This document shows, in pieces, positions 52,301 to 64,000 of a stretch of DNA of 64,000 nt. The translations under genes were made by a program, and so were the position numbers. Under the pieces are notes generated by a model. It saw only the letters and a program-made list of their open reading frames with translations. It searched no databases and had not been told where the DNA came from. Positions within the stretch are counted from its first letter, which is position 1. Each line of letters begins with the position of its first letter. The DNA is from Chara braunii. Lineage: Eukaryota; Plantae; Charophyceae. The stretch is taken from NCBI GenBank assembly GCA_003427395.1, contig BFEA01000003.1, positions 622,671 through 686,670 of the forward strand, given 5' to 3'.

Positions 52301-53321
52301 TGTTGCTGTGAGCCTATCTAAACCAAGTGGCCGTATAGACGTCGAAGAAGTTATAGATGGTATCCTAGGCAACCACCACGTGTCCGCGCAACCGTCCACA
52401 ACGCCTGATGTCGACGACCCTCGCAACGTTAAACCTTCCGCGACATCTGCCATCGCTTTCTCGCCGCCAAACTCTCTGATACTGTTGGCGACCTTCGCCA
52501 GTCGAGGGGAAGGCGGGTCGGGGGACGACAACATGTCACGTCCCCGAAAAAAATTAGGGTCGGCACTCAAGCTCTCGACGTGCTGGCCTTGCCCGCGCCA
52601 ACTTCACCGACAAAGGAGTGGAGGGACAAACCGGCAGGTAAGCTGTGAGAAACGCCACTCTGTCTGCGCGCCCAGGCTTCCAAGAGCGAGAGTGCGACTT
52701 CCTTCATAGTCCGGATGTCGATGGAATACCTTCAGTACCATACACACAAGGAGTGACCACAGTGTCTGTCGATGCGGGGAGTTCCTGATGCCGGCATACT
52801 ACAGCCACCACTCCTTCCAAGTACATGTGACCGACCTTCCTGTGAGTCGGCCAGGTCGTTGGTCGCGTGCAGGGCATACTACAACGAAAACATGTATTTT
52901 TTTGTTGAAGCGTTCCCTCACAAAATGGAATGACGGTTTTTCTTTCTCAGAAAGAGTGGTGGTTTTAGTCCGCCAGGATCTGCACTTCCAATGTCGATGC
53001 GTAATGCGGTTAGACTTTGTGTGCCTGGATTGGGAAAAAGTCTACTGGAATTCGGACTTCGGGGATGTTTCGCTTCCACTTATGTGGCTTGTTGTGGTTT
53101 TCTTTTCTAAAAGGCGGGGGTGTCGAGCTCGAATGCGCTAGTCGTTTTTTTTTCCAGTCGCGCTCACGCACCTTGGTGCTCATGGTCATGACAAAACGAG
53201 GTTCTGTAATTGGATAGGTCCTGCGTCTTTTAGATTACGTGGTTCTCAAATTGTCACTTTCGTCAGGTTCATGTTGGGAAACGTGTATTCATTTTCCATT
53301 TTGTTTTTCTTCTGTTGTACA

Positions 53322-54058
53322 GGGGTAGGGTCATCTCGAATACTGAGGTCCTCAAAATATCCAAAACACATATTGCAGGCAGTCCCGGGGTTGACGACAA
53401 AACACAAGGATAGGGTTTGATGTCGAGATCGGGAAGAAGGAGCGTGCCATTGCAATTGAGGAGTGTTTTTTCCGTCTGCCCCCAGAGAAAGAGATGTATC
53501 CACGATCTGTGACTAGAGGTCAGGCCATGTATGAGAAATACTTAGCTACTCGTCGTGCAATGAAGGAGAATCCTTAGAACAACGTTTCTCACTACCCCGC
53601 GTGTCCTTTGCTCGATATTGTGCAGTGCGGGCCACAACTCCTGGAACATGCCGGGAAGATTCGTTGCAGTGACTGCGCCTCGAAGCTTGCGGGTTTTGGA
53701 GGATATTAAACGAGGCTTTGTGCCACCTGACACTGTTCTCTCTACCCTCGGCGATGGTCAATTGCGAATTGCAGCAAAAGATTTTCTCACCCTCTCGTAT
53801 ATCGACGGCAGGGTGAATGATGAGGTGGTCAATTTTTACATGGCGCTATTGAGGTCGACCACATATGCAATATGTAACATCCCATCAGGCCTTCGAGTCT
53901 TCAACTTTAGTTCATTCTTCTTCAGTAAACTGCATCTTCAAGGACACGACGGGGTCGAAAGGTGGGCTAAAAACGTGGATCTGCTTCAATATGATATTAT
54001 CTTTGTTCCTGTCCATAAAGATAATGATCACTGAATCTTCCTTTCCGTTACCTTGAGA
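53322..54058 (+). pseudogene. Ulp1/SENP (peptidase C48) SUMO-protease domain exon
   Basis: TL..DGRVNDEVVNFYM..FNFSSFFFSKL....DGVERW..NVDLLQYDIIFVPVH..DH(W->stop); flanked by a tgtacAG acceptor and a GTAATG donor. Confidence 0.85.
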
Positions 54059-55029
54059 GGTAATGTTTTTGAAATTTTTTATTTTTTTCCTCTCTTGAAA
54101 TTTTTTATTCTTTTCCTCGCGTTATAGTTGATTTAAGTTTTTACCTTAGTGTTTTCGAGTTGATTGTATAGTATTTGGAACGTCGAACATTACATAGGCG
54201 GTCGGGTAGGGGTTGAAAGTCGGTAGCAACAAATATTGTGGTAGAGGGAGTTCCAAGACACGTGGATGGAGCTAGTTGCGGGGTGTTTATGTTGATGTTT
54301 GTGACATTGTTGCAACGTGGTGGTCAACCACCTTTCAAGTTCTCTTGTAAAAAAAATTCCACTTATTAAACGACAATTGGCATAATGTATCTTTGAATGT
54401 CGTTATCTTTGATGGATTTCATTGACTTAGAGACTTTCTTTTGAAAAAATTTCATTCATTAATGATTATATTGTTTTAAATCCTGACATTACTTAACTGT
54501 CGTTTTCACAACGACATTTCTTTCTTTTGTCATTGCGAGTTTGTGTTGTCTTTGCCATGCTCGTTGTTAGTCTGGAGTCACGTCTTGACTTTCGAATTTC
54601 TATCACGTTTCAATCGTCTATCATGCGGCGGAGCAAGTGCGCATTGTGTTCCTTGTTTCAAATTGTGTTCAGGTCAACCAAAATTGTACTTATGATTGAC
54701 ATCAAATACTATTAATAATTGTACTGTATGCAACGAAAATTGGTGTGTGGATGCAAGACAAGTCTCGGTGAGTGTTTGAGTGTACGATTCATTATGCAAA
54801 AACCACTAACATCACGTCTCTTGCGTGTGCATAAAATCACATGCCTTGGGACCGCCTGCATTACATGTAAACAATAACTTTGTGTTTGTACAAAAGTCTT
54901 TTGCGCAAGGTCAATTACAGTGCGGAGTCGATCAAAAATATGCAAGACTTAAAGTTCTTATGTGATATGACTGTTGTCGCAGAAAACGAACTTGTATGTC
55001 GAAATTAACTGCTTGTTATAAGACGAACG

Positions 55030-55935
55030 GTGAACATTTTGATTTGTACTTCGACTACTGTTATAACTGTTACATTACTTTCTTTGAAGTCTACAATGAC
55101 ACATTGTTCAAAGCGAAAATATTCAACAAGGATACAATCCTGCCTGACACGTTGCTCATCATAATTGTAAACAAGTATGAATCTCAACACACTTTCGCAC
55201 ATGAGGTGAGATCGTGGGCGTGTCGATCATCACACTAAGTATTCTAAAGAAGTAAGATCTCATCAACATCCAAACAACCGTTTCGGGCGAGATGATTGAC
55301 ATGCCTGCAGAGCTTAGGGTTTTGAGTTGTACTTCGACTACTGGTGTAACTGTTACATTACTTTCTTTGAAGTCTACAATGACACACTGTTCAAAGCGAA
55401 AATGTTGAACAAGGATACAATCCTAACACCTTGCTCATCATAATTGTAAACAAGTATGGATCTCAACACACTTCCGCATATAAGGCGAGAGATGGTGGGC
55501 GTGTTCATCATCACACTAAGTATTCTAAAAAAGTTCGGATCTCATCAACATCCAAACAACCATCTCGGGCGAGATGATTGGCATGCCTACAGAACTTAGG
55601 AATACCCCAAAGAAATGTGTTATCCAATAAGGATTCAATCATGACACCTAGCTCATCACATTTATGAACTTTGAGTTTAACAAGTATGGATCTCAACACA
55701 CTTCCGCACAGGGTTCCCGGATGGTCGTGCCTATCATTACACTAAGTCTTTTAAAAAAGTCCGGATCTCATAAAACATCCAAACAACCGTCTCAGGTGAG
55801 AGGATGGATATGATTTTATAATTTATGGATAAACTAAAAAATTATATTATCCAACAAGGATTCAATCATGACACCTTGGTCATCTTATTTATAAAGTTCA
55901 ACAAGTATGGATCTCATCACACTTCCGCATTTAGG
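55030..55935. repeat. Right subterminal repeats (~220-285 bp)
   Basis: aacaaggat.caatc.tg..aacaagtatggatctcaacacacttccgca four times; tgtacttcgactactg block duplicated. Confidence 0.82.
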
Positions 55936-56000
55936 GCGAGTGGATGGGCATGCTACGTTGCTTAGGCTGCATCCAAAAATGAATTCGTTAAAAAGAGGAC

Positions 56001-56035
56001 ATAATATCATGGTCTATTTTAACGAATAACATGTT
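56001..56035 (-). repeat. Right terminal inverted repeat
   Basis: Reverse complement aacatgttattcgttaaaatagaccatgatatt matches the left end. Confidence 0.88.
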
Positions 56036-56057
56036 TGGAATAAGAGATTCGGTCAAG

Positions 56058-58180
56058 ATGTCGGGAGGCATAACTGATGATGTCGGGAAGGTCCTGACAA
56101 TTGATGATTTGGTCGAGGCCCTGGACAGGCGAAAGAGGTTGCAGAGCAATGTCCCCAAAGTGAACACCGTCCATTGGATTGGCGAGCGAGTTTCAGAATG
56201 CCTGAAACTAGTTGAGCAGGCTCCGGTGGGGTTATTGGATGCGGTGAAGTTCCAACGTATTTTGAAGTACGTACTCCATGGGCACCACTAAGAGGTAGAT
56301 AAGGTGATAAACGCAGCTAACGGCAGTTGGGCGAGGTTCAAAGATGGAATGCAGAGGAAGTACAGGCTGAGAGATCACCTGTTGACCACTGCGGATTTGA
56401 AGGCGATGAACAGGGATGACTTTACCACAGTCGGGGCCTTTGTGCAAGAATTTAAGAAAAAGGCAAGGAACGTCCCCGAAATCTCAGAAGAAGCACAATG
56501 TGCTATCTTTCTGGGGTTGTTCACTGCCTCGGAAGCCTTGAGTTGATAAGTCACGGAGGAGGTAGCACAAAGCTTACATGGGCCACCATCGACAAGGGGG
56601 TAGAGGAAGGAAGTTTGGACCAGGTGGAGCAGTACGAAATGTGCCAGCAAAGGCGGAAAAGGAAGGAGCGAGATGCGACCTCTTCAGGGACCTCGGGGGT
56701 GAAAAGGATCGTAACAGATGTACTCGCGGAGTTGGGGTATGAGAAAGACGTCGTGGTACAAAAGAAAGTGTTGGCTACGATCCAAGGGAAGGGGAAGGAG
56801 CCAGTGGTAGAGGAGGTCGTCCAGAAGGAATAGGAAGAAGAAGACTCAGTGCCCCAACACCTCTCAAAGGCGTCGGGCAAACAACGCAATTCAATACAGG
56901 GAGGGCAAGGCTCCGGAAAGGGGCAGGCTCCCCAAGCAGTGGTAGTAGCCTCACCGAGTACGTCGACTCCGTCAAGTAGCGAGGGACCCTCGCAAGAGGC
57001 GGTACCACCATACAGGTAGTGACCATGACCTGTGTTTAACACCTTTGTGTCATGGGGAAGTCCAGCTCCATCTGGACAGATGGTACCATACGTTGGGCCT
57101 CAAGCAAGTATGCCGCCGCCGAGCTATCCTGCAGTGCAGGCTGAGCCCGTGGCGCCACCTCCATCCCCCACGCCAAGTTCACAGGGCAACGTGGCAAGGG
57201 GAGGAAATCAAGGTCACAACAACCAAGGGAATGGAGGAAGTGGCAGCGGAAGAGGGCGTGGGAGGAATGGTGCTAGCCAAGGTGGACATTGGGACAACCA
57301 AGGCTACCAAGGCCAAGGGAGTCAAGGGAATCAAGGAGGTCAAGGATATGGAAGACCTCGTTTTGATTGGAGAACTGCTATTTGTCAGCATTGCGATAAG
57401 CAAGGTCACACTATACGGTTCTGTAACATAAGGCAGAGAGATGAGAAGTCCGGGATGATCTATTCTAATATGGATGGTGACATATATGATCAGTACGGGG
57501 AGTATATGGACAGAAAGGTTCCAGGCGGGGTGCGGGCGGAGGCTAAGAGGAGGATAGTTGCGCGACAAGCGCCACCCGCCACGTTCAGGTTGTGGCAGGA
57601 AAGGAATGGCCCACCAATAAGAGTGGACGAGGTGGAAAATGATGGAGAGGTGACTCAAAGGCTACAAGCAAGAACTATAAAGGAAGAGCCCATAGTCGTT
57701 GGGTCAGACAGAGAGGGCGAAAATGAGAAGGTGAAGTCGGCGTCAGTCCTTCCAGGAAAGATGGAGGATGTGTGGGAGAAAATGGGAAGATACCAGGGAA
57801 AGTTGGTAGATATATGTGAAAAAGTGAGGAAATGGAGAGCAAAAATTCCCAAAGTTTTCCTCTACGATTCTGGCCCAGAGTCGGTACCAGGACGGCAGGG
57901 AGACCACGGTGTGGCCACCGTGGGGTCAGGCCCTCGGTCTGGAATGACCTTCAGGCCCCCTACCGCGCAAGGGAGAATGGCGTAAGCTGCACAAACTAGG
58001 GGACAGAATAAGGCAAGTGTCAGCCGAGAACCCCCTCAGAGGGAGCCAGAGCAGGAACGAAGGAAAGAGGTCGTGGAGGTGGAGGAGGAGGATGACGAAG
58101 AAGAACAAGATAATAGGCTGCGCCAAGAGGACGATCGAAGGGCGGAGCAAAGGGCCAAGAAGAGGGAGTCCAGGAGGAAG
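56058..58180 (+). pseudogene. gag: Ty3/gypsy gag remnant with CCHC zinc knuckle
   Basis: Gag-like W..FK..M.RKY..TVGAFVQEFKKKA; Gly/Gln-rich segment then CQHCDKQGHTIRFC (CX2CX4HX4C); multiple stops. Confidence 0.85.
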
Positions 58181-58182
58181 TC

Positions 58183-58781
58183 GTGTCGGTTCTGCACGAT
58201 GCGGCGCCCAAAAAAAAGAAGTATGCGGTCCGGTTGGAGGAAGGGTTTGACGTGGAAAAAGTGATTGATAGGTTGCTTGAAGGTCATAATGACCTTGTGA
58301 CCTTAAAGGAGATCCTGACATCTGCTCCTAAGCTCTGTAACGAGTTGAAGGGATGGTTTTTCCAACGTTTGGTGACAAATGTCCATCTAAGTGTGATTCT
58401 GCTAAAGGAGGCAGAATGGGCGGAAACAGGGACGAAGTTGGACCGGAAGTGTGTGGCCTGTGGAATGGTGGATTTGATGGTGAAGGGATCAAAGTGCGCA
58501 GCAATGGTGGATACAGGGGCAGAGTTGAACATCATCAAGGAAACTGATGCACTCAGGTTTGGGTTGGAGATAGAGCGCTCGGATTGCAGCATTCTGCAGG
58601 TGGCCTATTTTAAGATCGTATTTTGCGGAACAGCGTCAAACACACTTATCGAGATCGGGAGAGTAAAGGTAAGAACTTGCTTCTTCATCATGCCAGATGT
58701 GGATCATGCCATCCTCGTAGGGAGGTCATTCCTATGTAGGACAGAGACGTTGATGTTCAACAAACATGACGGAACTCTGAT
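58183..58781 (+). pseudogene. Retroviral-type aspartic protease of the gypsy polyprotein, truncated afterwards
   Basis: AMVDTGAELNII ... ILVGRSFL. Confidence 0.88.
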
Positions 58782-61700
58782 TGCGGGGACCGAGGTCCAG
58801 CAGGGCTTCTTACTACATCGCGTGACCCTCCAGCCCCTTAGATGCCCCTTCCAAGCCTGACCCCTATTTTCCGCAGGGGCCGGACCTTTGTCGGACATCG
58901 GACCACCGGCCCGGTGGTCCAGTCGGACGACCCGGACCGTTCCCGGGGTCCCGGACGTCCGAAGAGGTAACCTAGAATAATAGTAATAATGAAAGGAAAA
59001 TGATCGATAGCGAATCTTAAGAAGCATGCCAGCCTCTCCACTTTTACAAAACAGAATCACCGCCAGATTCACAAGGTCTTAATCCCCCTACTTGATCGGA
59101 GCAAGAAAGTCACATCTCAATGACATCTCCCAAATAAATCACTCTTGCGACCTCCAAAATTCCACCCATGGCCAAATACAAACATGGTCCTTCTAATCAG
59201 TCTTTATCATTCAAAATCAACCTTCCATGTCATTAAATTTATTAACCACCTTTCATATGAAGGAGGCCTCATTCAATAGGTCTTTCAATCATCCCTTCTC
59301 TTTCTAGGATAAACTTTCATGCGACCTTTCCATAAAACATTTTCCCTCTCTGAAGACGAGTCTCCAAATAAGCATAAGACTGCCTTCTCACTTGAAAGTG
59401 TCTCAACCATAAAACAACTCAAACTGAGATACCAACTTATGGGTCCTCACCACAACTCAACAATAAACATTCAGCATGGTAAGCATTCGAAGCGCATAGA
59501 CGCATAATTCCCTTAGGGTTCTCACGCCTTTCACAAAAACAATTTGTTCTTCCTCTCCTTATACCCGGCCCTATCATCTGCCCGTGGGCAGGCCGCACGA
59601 GTGTACTGAAGAGTAGACAGTTCACATCCATTCATTTTTTCAATACACGCAATACACGAGATGTTTCTCATACATCTTTCGCACAAAGCCACCATACATC
59701 AGGATAAAACCACATACGTGAGAGTGATTGTGATCGTCATATACAAAGGAATAGTCTCTGATAGATCTCAACTCATAGCACGCTCAGGGATGAAATATCT
59801 CATCCAAACACACAGATAATAGTCCAGATCTGCAACTTACTCGGAAAAAAAAAACCCTCCTAAATATGATACAGGACTGACCGTACTATCAAAAACATCC
59901 TGAAACAGAAATCGAATCCTTCTCTCAACGAGTCAAAGAAATAGTATCATCAACATATACATAGGATCTCACTAAATCCTAACCCTCATGTTACTAAGAA
60001 GAGCCTCAATAGCAACCATACGCAGTATTCCCTTATATATACAACTAACAGCGTAGGTACCCAAACTTTTAACAAGACAAAAACGAAAACAAAGATAAAA
60101 CTAAACCTGACCCAAAATGCATACTCCACTTAATCTTGCCATATCATAGTGACTAACAATACATAGGCGAATCAATCCCTACTCACTCATCTCCTTCTGG
60201 TTCTGCCTGTATAACTAAGGTCTACCCGCATCGTCAGTCCACTCGACCCTGCCTATTGTACATCCTTCCACCTTCCTCGACTTTTCCTGCTGCCTTATCA
60301 TTGAAAAACTTTGGACACTACAAGGCTCGGTGTTCCCCTCTCTTGCAGAAAAAACAGGCTGGGTCATATGACTTCCTGAGCCTCTTCTTCTTCCTCTGAG
60401 ACCCCGGTGACGAAGGTGTCTCGCTGACCTCTCTGGTCATCTCATAGCTCTGGGGCATGTTTATAGGCTCTTCCAGTCTCACTTCCAATCCCTGAGTAAT
60501 CGGCTCCGTCCACGTCCCAACTCCCTCGGGCCTATACTAAGGAATATCTAACCTCTGGGGTTTACCCTCGCATACACTTCCATCGCAACCAACACCTCCT
60601 CCTCATGAGGCTCCTCCACCCTCTGCTCAGGCATAAACAGAGTTGCTCCCTCCTGTATAGTGTCGACTGCCTCAAGGAGCACATCCATGGACCCCACGTC
60701 AGATCCAAGTGCAGGCTCTCTGACAACTGTCCGTGGTCTGTCTCCGGCTCGTGGTGTCGAGGACTCCGTCACCGACCCTGAAGAAGTTATAGGCTGGGCG
60801 GCAAGCTAAGTAGGGGCCCTAAACTCAAAGACTTTCTTCTCTGCCTCCCTTTTCGCCTTTGCTTTCTCTGGCTCCAGGATGGCCCTCCATAGATGGCTCC
60901 TGAGAGGGTCCCGCCATAGATGGTTGTCCAGATAGACCCTGCGCCGCTTCGCCCTTGATATCATAGCGACGACTCTCGGTCCAATCCACTTCTCAAGTGG
61001 GTGCCTCCTGGTCTCTCCTCGCTTGTTGTCCTGAAGCTGCTGCATTATCTCCTAAATTATGGCAGCCTGACTGACTGTCAATGCCCAGAGCTTTCGAACC
61101 TCAGCCTCAACAACCTCCAACCGTACCCGATGTTTTAGTTCCCTTGTCTTCTTACCGACCACATCATCTTCCAACATTAGATATCTATTGAAAGAACTCT
61201 TGGTCAGGAAGCGGATCTTGCGGTCTAGGTACGCATCTCATGACCTCAATGTCCCAAATTCTGCCCTCTCTTGAGCACTCGCGGTTAACGACCACCTGAA
61301 ATTTCAGAATGAAAGATTCTGAAGTGGTCTGAAACCGTTGAATTGGCCTGAAGACACTTCAGGTCATTTCAGAAGTTTCGGGTGGTTTGCAGGACAAGTC
61401 TTATGNNNNNNNNNNNNNNNNNNNNNNNNNNNNNNNNNNNNNNNNNNNNNNNNNNNNNNNNNNNNNNNNNNNNNNNNNNNNNNNNNNNNNNNNNNNNNNN
61501 NNNNNNNNNNNNNNNNNNNNNNNNNNNNNNNNNNNNNNNNNNNNNNNNNNNNNNNNNNNNNNNNNNNNNNNNNNNNNNNNNNNNNNNNNNNNNNNNNNNN
61601 NNNNNNNNNNNNNNNNNNNNNNNNNNNNNNNNNNNNNNNNNNNNNNNNNNNNNNNNNNNNNNNNNNNNNNNNNNNNNNNNNNNNNNNNNNNNNNNNNNNN

Positions 61701-62558
61701 NNAACCGTTAAAGTGGCTGAAGTTTCTGAAAGGGGTTTCAGGTACCCCCATCCAACCATTTGGATGGGGGTACCTGAAACCCCTTTCAGAAGCTTCAACC
61801 ACTTCAGGTCATTTCAAGAATTTCAGGTGGGAACCTGAAACCGCTGAAGTGGCTGAAGCTTCTGAAAGGGGTTTCAGATACCCCCATCCCACCATTCGCA
61901 ATGGATCAACCTGAAGTGGCTGAACTGCCTGAAGGTGGTTTCAAACAACCCCATGTATAGATCCACACACAATCCGAAAGTGTAGTAACCTAAAGTGGTT
62001 GAACTGCCTGAAAGGAGACCTGAAAATATATGCACCTGTTAACCATCTCTCCTCTGGAGCCGCCAACCCCTCGCCATACAGGCCCCAAAACTCATCCCAT
62101 ATCTCCTTGGGTTTAGGGGGCGCATCAGGTGGCTGATCTGGAAGTGCTCCTGCCGCGTCTAATCTCTGCCTTTCCTCCCAAATCTCCTTCACGTGCTTCC
62201 CCATCCTCGTTCGTCTCTCCTCTGTTATCTCTCCTGCTGGCACTCTCCATCTCGTGCGATGGTCCCCACTCTCTAAAATCTCAGCCAACGCCTCTCGCTT
62301 CGCCTGGTGTGGCTTCCGTGGTGGCTCCATAGGCCTCTCAATGTCAGGGTGTTCCTAGGCATGCGCAACGAGATACCTATCGATCGTAGAAAGGGCCTCT
62401 CTCCTCCAACCAGTCCTCTCTCGCTCCATCTCTATCCTCACCCCTGACGAAAGAGTCGTATCTGGGGTAGGTGGTGGAATCTCTCTCTACCGACATTCCT
62501 CCTCTGCCTCTTGAGCGACATTTGACACTATCTCAGGTCCGGTTTCTGGAGCTGGCGT
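58782..62558 (-). mobile_element. Probable retroelement fragment in opposite orientation (non-coding part plus decayed Glu/Arg-rich ORF)
   Basis: Abrupt break of pol at a TG; minus-strand ORF pieces 60548-61045 and 61941-62330, with the frame restored on removing the 61276-62051 insert. Confidence 0.45.
61276..62051. mobile_element. Non-autonomous hAT-like element with 136-bp hairpin repeats (copy 2)
   Basis: Ends cactcgcggttaac / gttaaccatctctc; 8-bp TSD ctcttgag/ctctggag; same palindromic unit as copy 1. Confidence 0.75.
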
Positions 62559-64000
62559 TGTCGCACTTTTTCTTGTCGGGCCACTTCAAGCGACCGGAAA
62601 ACCAACAGGCAGTTACGCAGGGTTTTGTAGATTATTTTTGCAATAAATAAAATAGATTAAATAATGCAAATCCCTTCCTATTGTGCGCATCCGGCTTCGA
62701 GCAAGACACTTCAATTGCGGTCGTCGTTGGTCCCCGGTCTTAGGAATCTTTTATTTTGATTCGGAAAAGCAAAGAATCATGCAAATAATAATCATAAAAT
62801 TTTGGTGTGTCGTGCATACATCAATTTTGCCAGTTTACTAATTTTGAGAACCGTGACAGAATCATCAGAGAAATGCAGTCATCAGCGACGACAATGCAAG
62901 AAGCAAGACTGACTGACTCGAGCAATGACAAGTTTAAGTGAGCGAAGAATGAGAACTCATTATAGTCTTAGAAAGTACACATAAAGAGCATGGCCAACAC
63001 TGGTCAAGAGTCCTCACTCAACCTTCTGGGTAGCACAGTTAATCTCTTATTTTACTGCATGTCTCTTATGCCTCCGCCCAAGTCTCCGTACTCCCTGAGC
63101 TTGTGGTCTCTGAATGTAGAGCCACCTCAACCCTGCAAGTTTCAAGCACTTCCGGCCAAGTCCCATGATACGAAAGTCGACCATAGCACAAAACTCCTCC
63201 CATAAAGTAGGGAGATATGGTTGAGAGAAGATCCCTCGTCTGAGATGCGGGAACTCTGATGGTTCTATGAATGCCTCGTAATCAATCACCGGATGAGAGA
63301 TATACCTCTTGGCTAGCTCTACCAAGTCGCCCCAACAAGAACCGTCTGTGAGAGTGAAGGGCACTGGAGGTCTGGGGCAGTCAGAGTAAAGTTTTAGACC
63401 AAAGTTGCGGATCAGCTTGATTTCACTCCCATCGAGCTCGTTCTCTCTCTCTTCAAGGTATCTGGCTGCTGAGATCCAAACCGGGTCAAAGTGTTAATGG
63501 GTTTTTGTACCCTTCCTTACATAAGGCCTCGTATGGTAGACGGTGCCACCTGCAAAACTGGTGAGGACGACATAAATTGATGATCCATCTAGTTCGAAAG
63601 CAATAACACTGACATATTGATATTGGATGGCATTCTTGGAAGAGACCTTGTTAAGACTGGTCAAAACTGATCCATCGATGGGAAACGATTGAACCGCATT
63701 AATGTGTTGAAGTAGATGTTGAAACTGATCTTGAGTCTTCTGACAGAGACCGTTTTGGTTGTTATTGTTCCCCATGTTTTCTGATAAAAATACAGTCCAA
63801 CTGATGCCTGATCTCTGCGTCAATTGGGGATGATTAAATGCATACTTCTTCTGACAAAAACTCTTGAGTAACACAAATGGCACAGTTGATAGTAGATTGA
63901 CTAGATACTGAGAAAAATTTTGACTGGAGTTCTCTGATAAATCGAACAACTGAATGTCGAGATGTTGAGAGGGTTGCTTATTGCATAATGGTGAAACGCC
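62559..64000 (-). mobile_element. Second member of the ORF-carrying LTR-like family (runs off the window)
   Basis: tgtcgcactttt..ccaacaggc..tgcaataaataaaa..aaatcccttcct..ccggcttcgagc..ccccggtcttaggaatcttt..gaatgagaactcat..gaaagtacacat homologous to 8815-9260; minus-strand ORFs 63047-63364 and 63494-63949. Confidence 0.8.

Larger units (their letters stand above)
27463..56035. mobile_element. Giant (28.6 kb including gaps and nested inserts) Sola-like cut-and-paste DNA transposon with cargo
   Basis: TIRs aacatattattcgttaaaaaagac (27463-) and gtctattttaacgaataacatgtt (-56035); TGGA TSD at 27459-27462 and 56036-56039; internal transposase; subterminal repeats at both ends. Confidence 0.88.

Overview
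Eukaryotic, repeat-saturated DNA with no intact host gene. The Ty3/gypsy gag/pol sequences, plant-type rDNA and spliceosomal introns suggest a streptophyte; a Chara-like alga is my inference. From left to right: (i) decayed chromodomain-bearing Ty3/gypsy pol plus 3' LTR (250-3242); (ii) a minus-strand L1/Tx1-like LINE (EN-RT) joined directly to the first ~80 nt of an 18S gene; (iii) an orphan minus-strand rDNA junction (26S 3' part, IGS, candidate Pol I start, 5'ETS, 18S 5' end) whose IGS holds a 6.45-kb TG..CA element with a 4-bp TSD and internal ORFs; (iv) LTR-like DNA with a scrambled 26S mosaic and a tRNA-Asp-type PBS; (v) the main find, a 28.6-kb DNA transposon (27463-56035). It has ~35-bp imperfect TIRs and a perfect TGGA TSD, and sits in the leader of a gypsy element. 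It encodes a Sola-like DDE/D transposase (minus strand) and, divergently, a large decayed ParB/Srx-like + degenerate beta-class N4/N6-MTase-like + Ulp1 SUMO-protease region, with a recurrent GGATCCGAACTT motif scattered through the element; (vi) the interrupted gypsy gag-protease, further nested retroelement debris, small 8-bp-TSD elements built of 136-bp hairpin repeats, and a second member of the ORF-carrying LTR family. All domain calls come from motif recognition by eye, not from database searches.
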